NCBI GenBank assembly: GCA_040954595.2
Contig: CM082584.2
Coordinates: 4,344,110-4,408,109, forward strand
Direction: 5' to 3'
Length of the DNA: 64,000 nt
Origin: Balanoglossus misakiensis
Taxonomy: Eukaryota > Animalia > Hemichordata
In this document: positions 40,345 through 53,250 of the stretch, one piece after another
Position numbering within the stretch: position 1 is the stretch's first letter
Layout of the letters: each line of letters starts with the position of its first letter
Notes under the pieces: model-generated
The model's input: the letters and a program-made list of their open reading frames with translations, nothing else
Told to the model about the DNA's origin: nothing
Databases searched by the model: none
Program-made: the position numbers and the translations under genes

Positions 40345-40555
40345 TTAGGGGTACTCTACTTTTACAAGTAATCCATACGGCACAACGGCTCCTCTTTCTT
40401 TTGTAGACCACTCGACGTCTGCATTGTCGAAATAAGGGTCAATGGGACGACCCCTTGCGCCAATCGTTTCCGGACCTATGGAGTACGAACCCGGTCGGAT
40501 CCAAACTTGAAAAGCGACCTTTGCGCCGTATTCATGCCCTATGTGTGGTGTCACG
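40345..40555 (-). CDS. NEURL4-like: ART gene last exon (putative catalytic Glu, VEW)
   Basis: Acceptor ctccttag|C; ends ...LLVKVEYP TAA. Confidence 0.9.
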
Positions 40556-42837
40556 CTAAGGAGACAAATCAAAAGTTTATTTTTAAATAGAGGATCAAGC
40601 CCTTATAAGGTGAAAGCTTTGGGAAATTGCAAAAAATCGAGTGAACATAAGGATATTCTACCAAAAACACCTTAGCATCATTGGGGTCACAGTATATACT
40701 GCTCTTTTATTCACAATTTTGACCCGATTTTCTCCCAAGACGTAACACAGAGAATTATTGCTGTAGTTGGAAAATTAGTACGAGAAAATTGTTTCTACGT
40801 GACCAATATGAGTCATAAGGAAGGACAGACTGCATCCGATGGCATCAGGTAGACCCAAACACGACTGACTCACACATGTGGACGTCGCTCTAAGACATGA
40901 ATTCATTGAAACTGTAATACATTTATTAGTATGAATTATGATTGGCCGAAATGCTCTATACGTATTACAAGCATCAACATGTTCATGAATATGTACATAA
41001 CTAATTGTTTACCATATTGGACGGGCATATGCATTATGACCAGCATAGTTTATAGTTGGTGATACAAAAATTTGCTTGGTATCAAAACCACGTGGTTTCC
41101 AACCGTCGTTGAAGTGTCCAATCTGTTCGGACGTTTGCTGTCCTCCTAGGGCAACGTCTCCTGTAAAGGAAACAAATGTCCAACAAGAGCTAGAACATTT
41201 CTAGTTTTCACGAATGAACGGCTGCGTATTTCTCCGCTGTGCTCGCTATACATTTACACTACACTAAACTTATTTAGCATAAGCCTATATAGCTAATGGG
41301 AGTACAATACATTATAATAAATAGGCCTACAATACAATAAATACAATGCATTAAATACAATGCAATGCAATGTAATGCAGTACAGTACAGTACAGTACAG
41401 TACAGTACAGTACAGTACAGTACAGTACAGTACAGTACAGTACAGTACAGTACAGTACAGTACAGTACAGTACAGTACAGTACAGTACAGTACAGTACAA
41501 TACAGTACAGTACAATACAATACAATACAATACAATACAATACAATACAATACAATACAATACAATACAATACAATACAATACAATACAATACAATACAA
41601 TACAATACAATACAATACAATACAATACAATACAATGACATACCTGGAATAAGAAATTGTCCATCGTCAAGTATGGGGGCGACTCTATCAAAAGTAGTAC
41701 CATGATATGCAACGTGCCATATTTTATCTATTTTCAAGCTTTCCAGTTTGTGTTTCTTTACACTGAAGAAAATAAATTATATATTGATTGATTAAAACAA
41801 CGAAGATGCAGACACAACGCAGTTTTCATGTGCTTCAAAAGATACGGGAGTGACACGAAAGAAGGGATGTCTGATATGGCCAAAGAGTAAGTTCTACCGT
41901 GTCCTGTCATATTTGAAACTTCACAAATTACGGTAACCTTAACTTTATCAAGTGAAGTAGAGGGTTGAGTAAATGTCAAGTAACTGGATACCTATAATCT
42001 TTAAAACAAAATTAAAGAAAATAACTACAAGTAATCGATTTCGTCGAAAAACCTCATATATAGGGATGGAATACTTAGATGCAAAATATAGTATCGTATT
42101 GGTATTAACAACATTTTAACTCTACAATAGAAAAAAATATGTTTAAAATATGTTATCTTCCGAACGATGCTAAGTTTAATGTGGAACCACTATTTACTCA
42201 CTCTAGAGAGAAGCGTGCCCAGCCAACTGGTGGTGCGTACATCGAAGGCGGGTTTCCCCTTTCATACGTCTGCTCGTCACCTCGTTTCCAATTGCAGGTA
42301 CTACAGTAACACCGGCTGTGTTGATAATAGTCACTGAAACAAGAATCTGGAAAAGGGTATACATGTACTATACTGAATTTGAAACTTTGTTATTTCCATT
42401 TCACGTATATGTCATTGAAGATCTTTATCACTTTAACGATACATGTATTGCACTTTAGAAGGCTGACGGGCTTTCTGCCTTCGTAGCTGTTTACTTTGGG
42501 AAGAAAATAGTTGTAGAATGGCACTGAAGCCTGTAAATTGCAAGCGGTGTTTATCAAAGGCTACGATCGAGAATTTCTTACCAACATTCTCCAATGGTAG
42601 GTAGGTAGGTACGTACGTAGCACACGTATGTAATATTTGTACGTACGTATACAATGTTTGTTTGACCGTACGACGCGATATTACAAACTGCGCGCCTTTT
42701 TACCATCGCCAAAATAAATATGTCTTAATTACTACACCAATGTCGGTGATATGTACCTGGTAGGCGCAACAATGACACAACCATGGCACATTTTTCATAG
42801 TATCGGCAATTGATTTGGGGAGGAACACCATCTTGTC
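40345..42837 (-). CDS. NEURL4-like: ADP-ribosyltransferase of the NEURL4 C-terminal-domain family; five phase-compatible exons (42837-42757, 42346-42202, 41762-41644, 41160-41013, 40555-40345)
   Basis: All introns GT-AG and the spliced frame is open: CRYYEKC..LLRLPD, CYCSTC..RGD....RGNPPSMYAPPVGWARFSL, WHVAYHGT, QIFVSPTINYAG, AKVAFQVWIRPGSYSIGPETIG, IDPYFDNADVEWSTKERGAVVPYGLLVKVE. Confidence 0.9.
41013..41160 (-). CDS. NEURL4-like: ART gene exon (FVSPTINY, Tyr motif)
   Basis: tttacag|GA ... ATATG|gtaaac. Not present in the ORF track. Confidence 0.88.
41352..41636. repeat. Compound pentanucleotide microsatellite (CAGTA)n-(CAATA)n in an ART intron
   Basis: Directly visible; switches motif at about 41498-41512. 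Confidence 0.97.
41644..41762 (-). CDS. NEURL4-like: ART gene exon (WHVAYHGT, His motif)
   Basis: ttcttcag|T ... CCAG|gtatgt. Confidence 0.9.
42202..42346 (-). CDS. NEURL4-like: ART gene exon (CxCxxC ... RGNPP..Y..PVGWARF)
   Basis: ttttccag|AT ... CTAGA|gtgagt. Not present in the ORF track. Confidence 0.88.
42757..42837 (-). CDS. NEURL4-like: ART gene exon (GQDGVPPQINCRYYEKCAMVVSLLRLP)
   Basis: gttttag|GA ... CCAG|gtacat; phase 1 to phase 1; matches the C.Y...C......L.LP segment preceding the NEURL4 ART core. Confidence 0.8.
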
Positions 42838-42901
42838 CTAAAACATAATACAAATACATGATCTTATATACTTTGATTACTTCGCATTAAGCTTACTAAA
42901 C

Positions 42902-42941
42902 CTGATATGGTTTGATTAAATGAAAAAAAAAAACAGGCCAT
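42902..42941 (-). CDS. Candidate first coding exon of the ART gene (MACFFFSFNQTIS)
   Basis: ATG at 42941 and a phase-1 donor (weak, gtttag), giving a 64-bp intron and a 247-aa protein. Speculative. Confidence 0.3.
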
Positions 42942-42954
42942 AGTCGAATGTTTT

Positions 42955-43002
42955 ATAGGAGGCTGTCGCCGGAAGTCCATTTGTGAGACTTATATATATA
43001 TA
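42955..43002 (-). promoter_or_regulatory. Candidate promoter: TATA-like run and ETS-type ACTTCCGG motif
   Basis: Minus strand reads tatatatataag...acttccggcg...tataaaa just upstream of the candidate ATG. Confidence 0.25.
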
Positions 43003-43169
43003 GCGTTGGTATTGCTAATACAATCCAAGAGGGCCCTGTCCATCGCCTACCGCTCATAGAACAAGTGGCGCCATCAAGCATTCTGACCTGGAGAACATGG
43101 GGGTTTGTCTGCCCCTCCGTCAATTTACTCCCAGGCTTTTCCATTCGTTTACATCACGGATCCTTTTTA

Positions 43170-43705
43170 GGTATCTCATTAATATATCATTTCTAATCCA
43201 AAGACTCTACAGAATCTAGAGTCAAAATATCGTATTCTGTTCATGCCCACATTTTGCAAAGGATTACGATAACATGAAGAGTCTTCTGTAACGTCAAGCT
43301 AAATTTGAAAACTTGCCTCTCCCAGGTTCGTATATACGTCGATCATGCAGCTAAAATAAAATTAAAAGTACATTTAATGAGATCCATGTGTATTACGTGC
43401 GTGCCTGTCATGAATGCCATATGGCATTTATGCCCACATGTATGTATGAGAATGTGTAAGTCGCAGCCTACACTGCAAAGTATACGCCATATAAACTCCC
43501 ATAAATGCCTCGACATGGACAATGTACATCAAGGCTGACAGCAAGATTTTTTGTGTTTGAAAACGCCATTGATAAACGTGCATAGAAGGCAACAGAAAAA
43601 CACTTTACTGGACGTACCGTCTGTTGACTGAACTGGGTCACCATGTTTTCCATTTCATAATAGTAAGTCCCGATCGGCTCTGTTAATCAGGAAAAGAAAC
43701 AACAG
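43170..43705 (+). pseudogene. Diverged, internally deleted paralog of the 1.5-kb unit family
   Basis: Matches 594-1270 in order (tctcattaatatatcattt, aatctagagtcaaaatat, gaaaacttgcct, gctaaaataaaattaaaa, gaaaacgccattgataaacg, ctgttaatcaggaaaa). Confidence 0.7.
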
Positions 43706-43855
43706 GGGGGCTGCAAACATGAAAGTTATAAATGGCGGAGTACGTTCCGATCTGCATTTTCCCTAGGCGAGCCGTAACAACACAGCCCTGCCACGCAGAG
43801 CACAGGGGGCTGCAAACATGAAAGTTATAAATGGCGGAGCTTCTGCATTTTCCCC
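43702..43855. repeat. ~38-bp direct repeat pair 100 bp apart, probably a transposon end
   Basis: gggggctgcaaacatgaaagttataaatggcggag at ~43706 and ~43805. Confidence 0.75.
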
Positions 43856-43885
43856 CAATAAACATTACTTGATGAACAGTCAGTG

Positions 43886-44065
43886 CCTTTCACACGTGCC
43901 GTCAACGCCGCCTCAGAGGTGGCCCTAGGGCGGCGTTAATTGGTAAGTGCCACGTGTGAAAAGGTGAGAGCGGCCCTGCGCCGCACTTTTTCTGGGACGG
44001 TGTTGAGGGGTGGGACCTGGGTCGGGGCGCCGCACTAAACAGCGAATCAAATCACGTGTGAACAG
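43886..44065. mobile_element. GC-rich TIR-like fragment, possibly a Harbinger end
   Basis: cctttcacacgtg ... cacgtgtgaaaagg inverted pair, plus a further cacgtgtgaa at ~44053. Confidence 0.35.
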
Positions 44066-44144
44066 AAACACCGCACTAAACGCCGATCTAAACGCCCTCT
44101 ACCGACGCGGTTTGTCTCATTAAGCGCTGCATTAAAGGCTTTAA

Positions 44145-44720
44145 AGGTCCCATGCCATGCCCTATACAACCACGCGTAAAATCACTCTTTGGGTCTTGAA
44201 GTTAACGTATGTTACTATCTTGCATTGCGTATTACCCTCTGTGCTTAGATAACAGGCAAGTAAAAGTGACGAGTGGGCGTGTACCCCTAACCCAACTCAG
44301 TCGATTTTTTTCGGCTTTTCGAAGTTAAGCCGAAGACTTATCTTGATGTGGACAAATAGTCTTTCACACCTTTGTAAATCCTCTGCCTGTAATGTGAGGC
44401 AAGGGTTTCCTTTGCTTTGAACACTGTTTATGTAGCTTGCCTTTGTCTGTGGACTTAATTACTCATGGACCGCTAATTACACTTTACTGTAAACAGAATG
44501 GTACACTACGACATAGTGTACTTGTTTGTCCATATGCAAATACCTTCGCCTGGCTCGAGTGCGAAGTGGCTCCCTGATCACAGGCATGATAAAAGGGGGC
44601 AAATTCCGGCATTCGTGCACATTTTTCGGAACCGACACAATAGGCAATGCATAGACGGGTACCCTAGGTGAGCTTTAGATGGGGAAAAATGAAAACTTTT
44701 CAAAGCATGTCATAAACCCT
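44145..44720. mobile_element. Kolobok-like MITE with TTAA target duplication
   Basis: ttaa|aggtcccatgccatgc ... gcatgtcataaaccct|ttaa. Confidence 0.65.
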
Positions 44721-45249
44721 TTAAGCTGTAACTTTTGGGATAATTTTTATAATTTTTTCTTTCAAACTGCACTACCATTAGTCCATGCAGATGAAGGCAG
44801 TGAACTATACACAAGCATTATAAACCCTAAATATGAGTGCATATGCAAGTTTTAACCAGATAAATAATAAAGCTTTGCCGCAAGCGATTATGGCCGCCAC
44901 CGTGGGAAAATGCAAGAAACAATGAAAATGTTGCATTTCCGGTTATGAAACTTCATAAACAAAACATGATCTCATCCACTTGAGCTCATGGAAGTAAATG
45001 TACACCACTGAGACATCAGATTTTCATTTTTCATTGCAATATTGCACTTTTTCTAAAATTGCAGGAATTTTCGTTTTTCTTTAATTTTTGGCCATTTTGT
45101 CATAAATAAGTGTTGATCTTGATATATTATCGAGAAATATCATGTAATAGACATAATTAAAAGCATATATGAGATTATTCAAAACTTTAATTTTTTATCC
45201 AGTTGCAGCTCATGTACCTTTAAGCGTTGAGGTTCACTTTACTAAAACA

Positions 45250-45565
45250 ATGGCCGAAGCAGTGTCTCGACGCAACAATTGGAGTGACGCGGAAATGGCC
45301 AAGGCACATACACAGGAATTGCAAAGTCAACCTCCGACGACGATTTTGTAGCATGGACTGCAGTCTTCCAATCGCAACCTCCAATGAAAGGTTACCATAA
45401 ACGGGTATCGGGTCATTCAAATGCCCATGAAATCGGCGCCGACGACGTTTAAAAAGCAAATTCAAGAGTACCATATACGGTAAACACATCACTGGATCCA
45501 CCATTGTGACCTTTAGCCACGCTGCTGTGGACGCGTAGTGGGCGATGACCCCGTCCCTTTTATAC
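45250..45565 (+). pseudogene. Possible Myb/SANT-like (Harbinger accessory ORF) remnant
   Basis: MAEAVSRRNNWSDAE and, in another frame, RRLKSKFKSTIYGKHITGS. Broken by stops; weak similarity only. Confidence 0.3.
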
Positions 45566-45753
45566 ACATGTGAATGCAAAACTATTTGAGTCGCTGATAA
45601 GAAATGTTTACCAACTTTTATAATCCCAAAAAGGGCGCCCCAGGCTAACCATGGCAGGTTAATGTGTTTATTGTAGGTATATTAACCTGTGAGTGACAAA
45701 AAGATTGTTTTCCATATTTATGGACGATAGCATTATCCAAATTCTAATTCTAA

Positions 45754-46298
45754 GGGAGCATTCGTTTTTTACAGGGAGGGGGGGGGGCGGTGGAAATCGG
45801 GGGGGGGGGGTTTACTTTTACAAAGCAGTTTTTAGGGGGGGGACAAATTTTATAATCAAGGGATTATTATATAGGGACTGAAAGGGGGGGACTTGAAAAC
45901 TTTGACGGCTAAATATTTATTTTGAGTCCACAAAAATGCAGTTTCGCGTCCTTTATTTTACAAAATTTTCTAATGTGGGAGGGGGACACCCCCTCCCAAA
46001 CCCACCCCCTTCAATTCTCGGTTTACAATGTCTCCCAACACAGAATACAAATACTTACAAAATAAAAACAATGTTCAGTTTTACTACCCACTGATGAGGG
46101 GAAACATCGGTTTCAAATTCTTTTCATGGGAGCGCTGTGTCCATGATATAAGTTTAATCCGGTGGATAAACTTTTTTTTGGGGGGGGGTCACATTTTAGA
46201 AAAGTAATTTCCAGGGGGGGGGTTGCCTTTTACATTTAGTCGGCGACTCAAATTCCACCGCCCCCCCCCCCCCCTCCCTGTAAAAAACGAATGCTCCC
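45754..46298. mobile_element. PIF/Harbinger (Tourist-like) MITE with TAA TSD
   Basis: taa|gggagcattcgtttttacagggagggg ... ccctccctgtaaaaaacgaatgctccc|taa. The empty site attctaattc-taa-ccttgttaaaatcgcc is present in the paralog at ~47656. Confidence 0.9.
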
Positions 46299-46321
46299 TA
46301 ACCTTCTTAAAATCGCCTATT

Positions 46322-46761
46322 AGGCCGTTCACATTACTCAAAAAATGCTAGGACCTTGTGGTACGTGGCCGAGCAAAACAGAAGGTGTGAACGGGTCTGG
46401 CCGACCCTTGTCCGGACAATTTTTGTCCCAGTCGAATGAGAAGGTTCGTGGTCGACTCTGGTCCGACTCTGGTCTCAACCCGGTGTGTGTGGACACGTTT
46501 CGTCCGACTCTGGTCCTAGTTGACACCTTTTACAATGTACATAACAGTGCAGTCTATCGTTTGAATTGACAATGGTGAAAATCGAATAAACAACCAGAAG
46601 AGGACCAACAAGGTTCTGCTTTATAAGGTCAAAGGTTGGCCAGACAACGTTGGCCAGGACGGTGCCAAACAAAATGTGAACAGGAACTAACGATTGGCTT
46701 ATCTTGTCACAATCATCGGGATTAGTTTTGCCCGGCCACGGGCCTAGATGTGAACCCTCTA
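46322..46761. mobile_element. Second MITE inserted ~20 bp from the first (GTTCACAT-type TIR)
   Basis: aggccgttcacat ... atgtgaaccctct with internal gtccgactct subrepeats. Absent from paralogous units (cgcctctatcatcattttctgac). Confidence 0.6.
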
Positions 46762-47119
46762 TATTATCATAATTTTCTGACTTCCGTTTGGAGTTAAAAT
46801 GTCGTATTCTGTACATGTACTTACATGTTGTACAGATTGCGATAACATGAAAAGTCTACTGTAACGTATATCTACATGTGAAAACTTACCTGCAGGAGGT
46901 GCGGATCAAGCAAAGGTTTTTAAATGGCTGGTACCAGGTTATTAACTATAAGAATGTAAAACAAATGTTACCCGGAAGTGGTGCCGGTCTCCCACGTGGT
47001 GTTACAGGAGGCGCGGATCGAGGTCTGCCGTATCCATATAATTCAGGCTGTGGAGGCCATTGCAAAAATAAAATTAAAAATACATTAAATGAAACGCATT
47101 TAGGCCACCACAAAATCGC

Positions 47120-50100
47120 AAACTTGGTAACGTCACGCTTTCAAATAATTATGATACATACGATTCATCGACCACCCTATCTGTTTGATGAGCGATATTA
47201 ATTGAGCACTGTGACATTTTCATGCTGACAAATCTCATTATGTATGGGAATGTGTAAATCGCAGCCGACATCCTCAATTATTATGTTCTACACCATATAC
47301 ACTCCCATTCATGGTTTGACATGGATGGTGCACATCCAGGCTGACATCTAAAAGTTTTTCCATATTTGAAAACGCTAGTGGTAAACGATTTTTAAAAGAC
47401 GTGCGTATGACTATAGTGTAACACTTTATTGACATATACCTGTCTTGCCGCGGCAAAATTACGATACCGTGTCATGCGCATGCTCGCCTCTGTTAATCAG
47501 GAAAGAAAAAAACAATATTGACAACTTTGTATATGCTAGTAATCGCTGGTACATACTGCAAGGATTTAATAAATATATAAGCCTATAATCAACATAATTT
47601 GGTTGAAATGTTAGTCTGTTTAGTTCCATTTTTATGGTTGATAATATTATCCAAATTCTAATTCTAACCTTGTTAAAATCGCCTCTATCATCATTTTCTG
47701 ACTTCCGTTTTCATCGTGGGCTTTTGACACACAAGGCGCAATGGATTCGAAAGAGGTACAAAACTTTACGTGGGAGAATGCAGAATCATAAATTTCGTAA
47801 TATTGTACATGTGGCCAGTAAAATTTTACCATTCCTTATCGGACTCGACAGGTTTACGTTTATAGAGTAGCATAAATTTTTCAGCTCTATAGTTTTACAG
47901 CGCATGGAGCCTATTGTGTTTGATGAGGTCAATTTGGCTTGGTACCATTTGAAAGAAAACAGGGGGAGTAAATATCCATGATCTTATTTCACAAGGCAAT
48001 ATACCTGTAGTGAATCCCCTCGGCTTGAACAAAGCTTGGCTTCCCTTTTCCTTATTCATCTTCATAGAGCAATTGTCAACACAGGCAATGCCCTTCTTGA
48101 AAAGGCCATTTCTAGTAAACGACTATATTCGCAGATAGGGGCAACACCTCGGCTGCTATACTATGGCATTATTTATAAATCTATGAGTCACGTGCTTTAC
48201 TACAAAAAGCCAGTTTTGTAATTTATTGCCTGAAAATGTTTCATCTTCAATACCAGATTTCACGCCAAGGTTATAAAAAGACTGGTACCAGACTAGTAAC
48301 TATAATAATGCAAAACAATCGTTACTCAGTAGTGGCGTCTCATTAATATATCATTTGTACTCCAAAGTCTCTGCCAAATCTAGAGTCAAAATATTGTATT
48401 CTGTACATACTTAACATTTTGCACAGATTGCAATAACATTCAAAAGCCTACTGTAACGTCTATCTAAATGTGAAAACTTGCCTTCATCAAAATCGGATTC
48501 GGGGCTTTCCCATCCAAATTCAGACTGTTGCTGCCATTGCTAAAATAAAATTAAAAATACATTAAATAAAAACCATTTGTACTAAGTGCCTACACGCATG
48601 TAGACCCAAACAAAATCGCAAACTTGCATGGTAACGTCACGCTTTCAAATAATTATGATACATAAGATTCATCGACCACCCTATCTGTTTGATGAGCGAT
48701 ATTAATTGAGCACTGTGACATTTTCATGCTGACAAATCTCATTATGTATGGGAATGTGTAAATCGCAGCCGACATCCTCAATTATTATGTTCTACACCAT
48801 ATACACTCCCATTCATGGTTTGACATGGATGGTGCAATCCAGGCTGACAACAAAATGTTTTACCATATTTGAAAACGCTAGTGATAAACGTTTTAAAAAG
48901 ACGTGCGTATATGACGATAGATTAACACTTTACCGGCGTTCGAGTGCGAAAGACTGGTCTTCCCGCGCCAAAATTACGCTGTGTCATGGACGGATCTATT
49001 AATCAGGAAAAAAAACAATAATGACAACTTTATATCTGCTAGTAATCGCTGGTACATACTGCAAGGATTTAATAAATATATAAGCCTATAATCAACATAA
49101 TTTGGTTGAAATGTTAGTCTGTTTAGTTCCATTTTTATGGTTGATAATATTATCCAAATTCTAATTCTAACCTTGTTAAAATCGCCTCTATCATCATTTT
49201 CTGACTTCCGTTTTCATCGTGGGCTTTTGACACACAAGGCGCAATGGATTCGAAAGAGGTACAAAACTTTACGTGGGAGAATGCAGAATCATAAATTTCG
49301 TAATATTGTACATGTGGCCAGTAAAATTTTACCATTCCTTATCGGACTCGACAGGTTTACGTTTATAGAGTAGCATAAATTTTTCAGCTCTATAGTTTTA
49401 CAGCGCATGGAGCCTATTGTGTTTGATGAGGTCAATTTGGCTTGGTACCATTTGAAAGAAAACAGGGGGAGTAAATATCCATGATCTTATTTCACAAGGC
49501 AATATACCTGTAGTGAATCCCCTCGGCTTGAACAAAGCTTGGCTTCCCTTTTCCTTATTCATCTTCATAGAGCAATTGTCAACACAGGCAATGCCCTTCT
49601 TGAAAAGGCCATTTCTAGTAAACGACTATATTCGCAGATAGGGGCAACACCTCGGCTGCTATACTATGGCATTATTTATAAATCTATGAGTCACGTGCTT
49701 TACTACAAAAAGCCAGTTTTGTAATTTATTGCCTGAAAATGTTTCATCTTCAATACCAGATTTCACGCCAAGGTTATAAAAAGACTGGTACCAGACTAGT
49801 AACTATAATAATGCAAAACAATCGTTACTCAGTAGTGGCGTCTCATTAATATATCATTTGTACTCCAAAGTCTCTGCCAAATCTAGAGTCAAAATATTGT
49901 ATTCTGTACATACTTAACATTTTGCACAGATTGCAATAACATTCAAAAGCCTACTGTAACGTCTATCTAAATGTGAAAACTTGCCTTCATCAAAATCGGA
50001 TTCGGGGCTTTCCCATCCAAATTCAGACTGTTGCTGCCATTGCTAAAATAAAATTAAAAATACATTAAATAAAAACCATTTGTACTAAGTGCCTACACGC

Positions 50101-52080
50101 ATGTAGACCCAAACAAAATCGCAAACTTGCATGGTAACGTCACGCTTTCAAATAATTATGATACATAAGATTCATCGACCACCCTATCTGTTTGATGAGC
50201 GATATTAATTGAGCACTGTGACATTTTCATGCTGACAAATCTCATTATGTATGGGAATGTGTAAATCGCAGCCGACATCCTCAATTATTATGTTCTACAC
50301 CATATACACTCCCATTCATGGTTTGACATGGATGGTGCAATCCAGGCTGACAACAAAATGTTTTACCATATTTGAAAACGCTAGTGATAAACGTTTTAAA
50401 AAGACGTGCGTATATGACGATAGATTAACACTTTACCGGCGTTCGAGTGCGAAAGACTGGTCTTCCCGCGCCAAAATTACGCTGTGTCATGGACGGATCT
50501 ATTAATCAGGAAAAAAAACAATAATGACAACTTTGTATCTGCTAGTAATCGCTGGTACATACTGCAAGGATTTAATAAATATATAAGCCTATAATCAACA
50601 TAATTTGGTTGAAATGTTAGTCTGTTTAGTTCCATTTTTATGGTTGATAATATTATCCAAATTCTAATTCTAACCTTGTTAAAATCGCCTCTATCATCAT
50701 TTTCTGACTTCCGTTTTCATCGTGGGCTTTTGACACACAAGGCGCAATGGATTCGAAAGAGGTACAAAACTTTACGTGGGAGAATGCAGAATCATAAATT
50801 TCGTAATATTGTACATGTGGCCAGTAAAATTTTACCATTCCTTATCGGACTCGACAGGTTTACGTTTATAGAGTAGCATAAATTTTTCAGCTCTATAGTT
50901 TTACAGCGCATGGAGCCTATTGTGTTTGATGAGGTCAATTTGGCTTGGTACCATTTGAAAGAAAACCGGGGGAGTAAATATCCATGATCTTATTTCACAA
51001 GGCAATATACCTGTAGTGAATCCCCTCGGCTTGAACAAAGCTTGGCTTCCCTTTTCCTTATTCATCTTCATAGAGCAATTGTCAACACAGGCAATGCCCT
51101 TCTTGAAAAGGCCATTTCTAGTAAACGACTATATTCGCAGATAGGGGCAACACCTCGGCTGCTATACTATGGCATTATTTATAAATCTATGAGTCACGTG
51201 CTTTACTACAAAAAGCCAGTTTTGTAATTTATTGCCTGAAAATGTTTCATCTTCAATACCAGATTTCACGCCAAGGTTATAAAAAGACTGGTACCAGACT
51301 AGTAACTATAATAATGCAAAACAATCGTTACTCAGTAGTGGCGTCTCATTAATATATCATTTGTACTCCAAAGTCTCTGCCAAATCTAGAGTCAAAATAT
51401 TGTATTCTGTACATACTTAACATTTTGCACAGATTGCAATAACATTCAAAAGCCTACTGTAACGTCTATCTAAATGTGAAAACTTGCCTTCATCAAAATC
51501 GGATTCGGGGCTTTCCCATCCAAATTCAGACTGTTGCTGCCATTGCTAAAATAAAATTAAAAATACATTAAATAAAAACCATTTGTACTAAGTGCCTACA
51601 CGCATGTAGACCCAAACAAAATCGCAAACTTGCATGGTAACGTCACGCTTTCAAATAATTATGATACATAAGATTCATCGACCACCCTATCTGTTTGATG
51701 AGCGATATTAATTGAGCACTGTGACATTTTCATGCTGACAAATCTCATTATGTATGGGAATGTGTAAATCGCAGCCGACACCCTCAATTCTTATGTTCTA
51801 CACCAAATATACTCCCTTTCATGGTTTGACATGGATGGTACACATCCAGGCTGACAACAAAATGTTTTACCATATTTGAAAACGCTAGTGATAAACGTTT
51901 TAAAAAGACGTGCGTATATGACGATAGATTAACACTTTACCGGCGTTCGAGTGCGAAAGACTGGTCTTCCCGCGCCAAAATTACGCTGTGTCATGGACGG
52001 ATCTATTAATCAGGAAAAAAAACAATAATGACAACTTTGTATCTGCTAGTAATCGCTGGTACATACTGCAAGGATTTAAT
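47120..52080. repeat. Tandem array of ~1.5-kb unit (period 1503 bp), about 3.3 copies, right array
   Basis: ORFs recur at 47634/49137/50640 and 48036/49539/51042. Confidence 0.95.
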
Positions 52081-52834
52081 TAATATTTAATCAGCAAAAT
52101 TTGGTAATAAAGTTAATATGTTTATTGTATGTGTATTTTACTGCGAGTGACAAAAACGGACCAATTTCTACGGAAATAACGTTTTTCTTCTCTTGAAATC
52201 GCGTAATTATCATCTTCAAACTTTTCGTTTTTATCATGGTCTTTAAACAGACATGTCGCAATGGATTCGAATTATAGTTACACAGCTTTAAGTCGGAGAA
52301 TGCGAATTCATAAATTTCGCAATATTTGTGCATGTGGCCAGTAATCCGCTGCCAGAAAATGACGGTCTTCAATACAGAAATTCTACATCAAGCAAATGTT
52401 TTTAAATGGCTGGTACCAGGTTATTAACTATAAGAATGTAAAACAAATGTTACCCGGAATTGGTGCCGGTCTCCCACGTGGTGTTACAGGAGGCGCGGAT
52501 CGAGGTCTGCCGTATCCATATAATTCAGGCTGTGGAGGCCATTGCAAAAATAAAATTAAAAATACATTAAATGAGAACCATGTGTATTACGTGCCCACAC
52601 GCATTTCGGCCCATACAAAATCGCAAACTTCGTAACGTCTCGTTTGCAAACAATTATGCCACATGTTTATTAAATAATATTCCTACGACTCATCAGCCTC
52701 TCTATTTCTGTTTGATGGACGATATTTTTGGAACACCGTGACATTTACCGGTATATATAAAGATGCTGACAAATCTCCTAACTGTATGTAAATGTGTACG
52801 TTGCAGTGAAGTAAAAGACTTCAAAGAATATTGT

Positions 52835-53250
52835 TTAAGCAATAAAACACCCCCAGCCATGGTATACCACGAGATTTTGACCAGTTCACGACATATACGC
52901 ACGAGCGATAGCGAGTGCGTATATGGAGTTGAACTGGTCAAAATCGAGTGGTATTAGTAGTTTCATAATTTTATTGGTATTTTAAAAATGTTTTCCTGTT
53001 TTTTTGTTTACTTTTTTATTGAACTGGTCAAAATCGAGTGGTATACCATGGCTGGGGGTGTTTTATTGCTATTATATTATACCAGTATATTGAAACTTTG
53101 CATAAAACATTTTAAAAAGGCACTTTCTTTGACTATGAGTTTTGCGTGATATATGACTGTGGTATGTGACGAATATATCACAGTCACGTGTCGTGTCTCG
53201 ACCAATAAAATAGCGTGATTTACACCATCAATATACTGGTATAATATAAT
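52835..53250. mobile_element. Third copy of the palindromic element, carrying a 64-bp insert and a 26-bp duplication
   Basis: ttgaactggtcaaaatcgagtggtat at 52929-52954 and 53019-53044 flanks AT-rich filler. Explains the offset change from 49249 to 49339. Confidence 0.85.

Noticed and set aside
41274-41712. YCIVL / QYSTV repeat proteins
   Set aside because: Translations of an intronic pentanucleotide microsatellite; only the 41644-41762 part is a real exon.
43120-43170. Death-domain-like peptide IRDVNEWKSLGVN upstream of the ART gene
   Set aside because: Ends at a stop immediately and has no compatible splice sites; too short to support.
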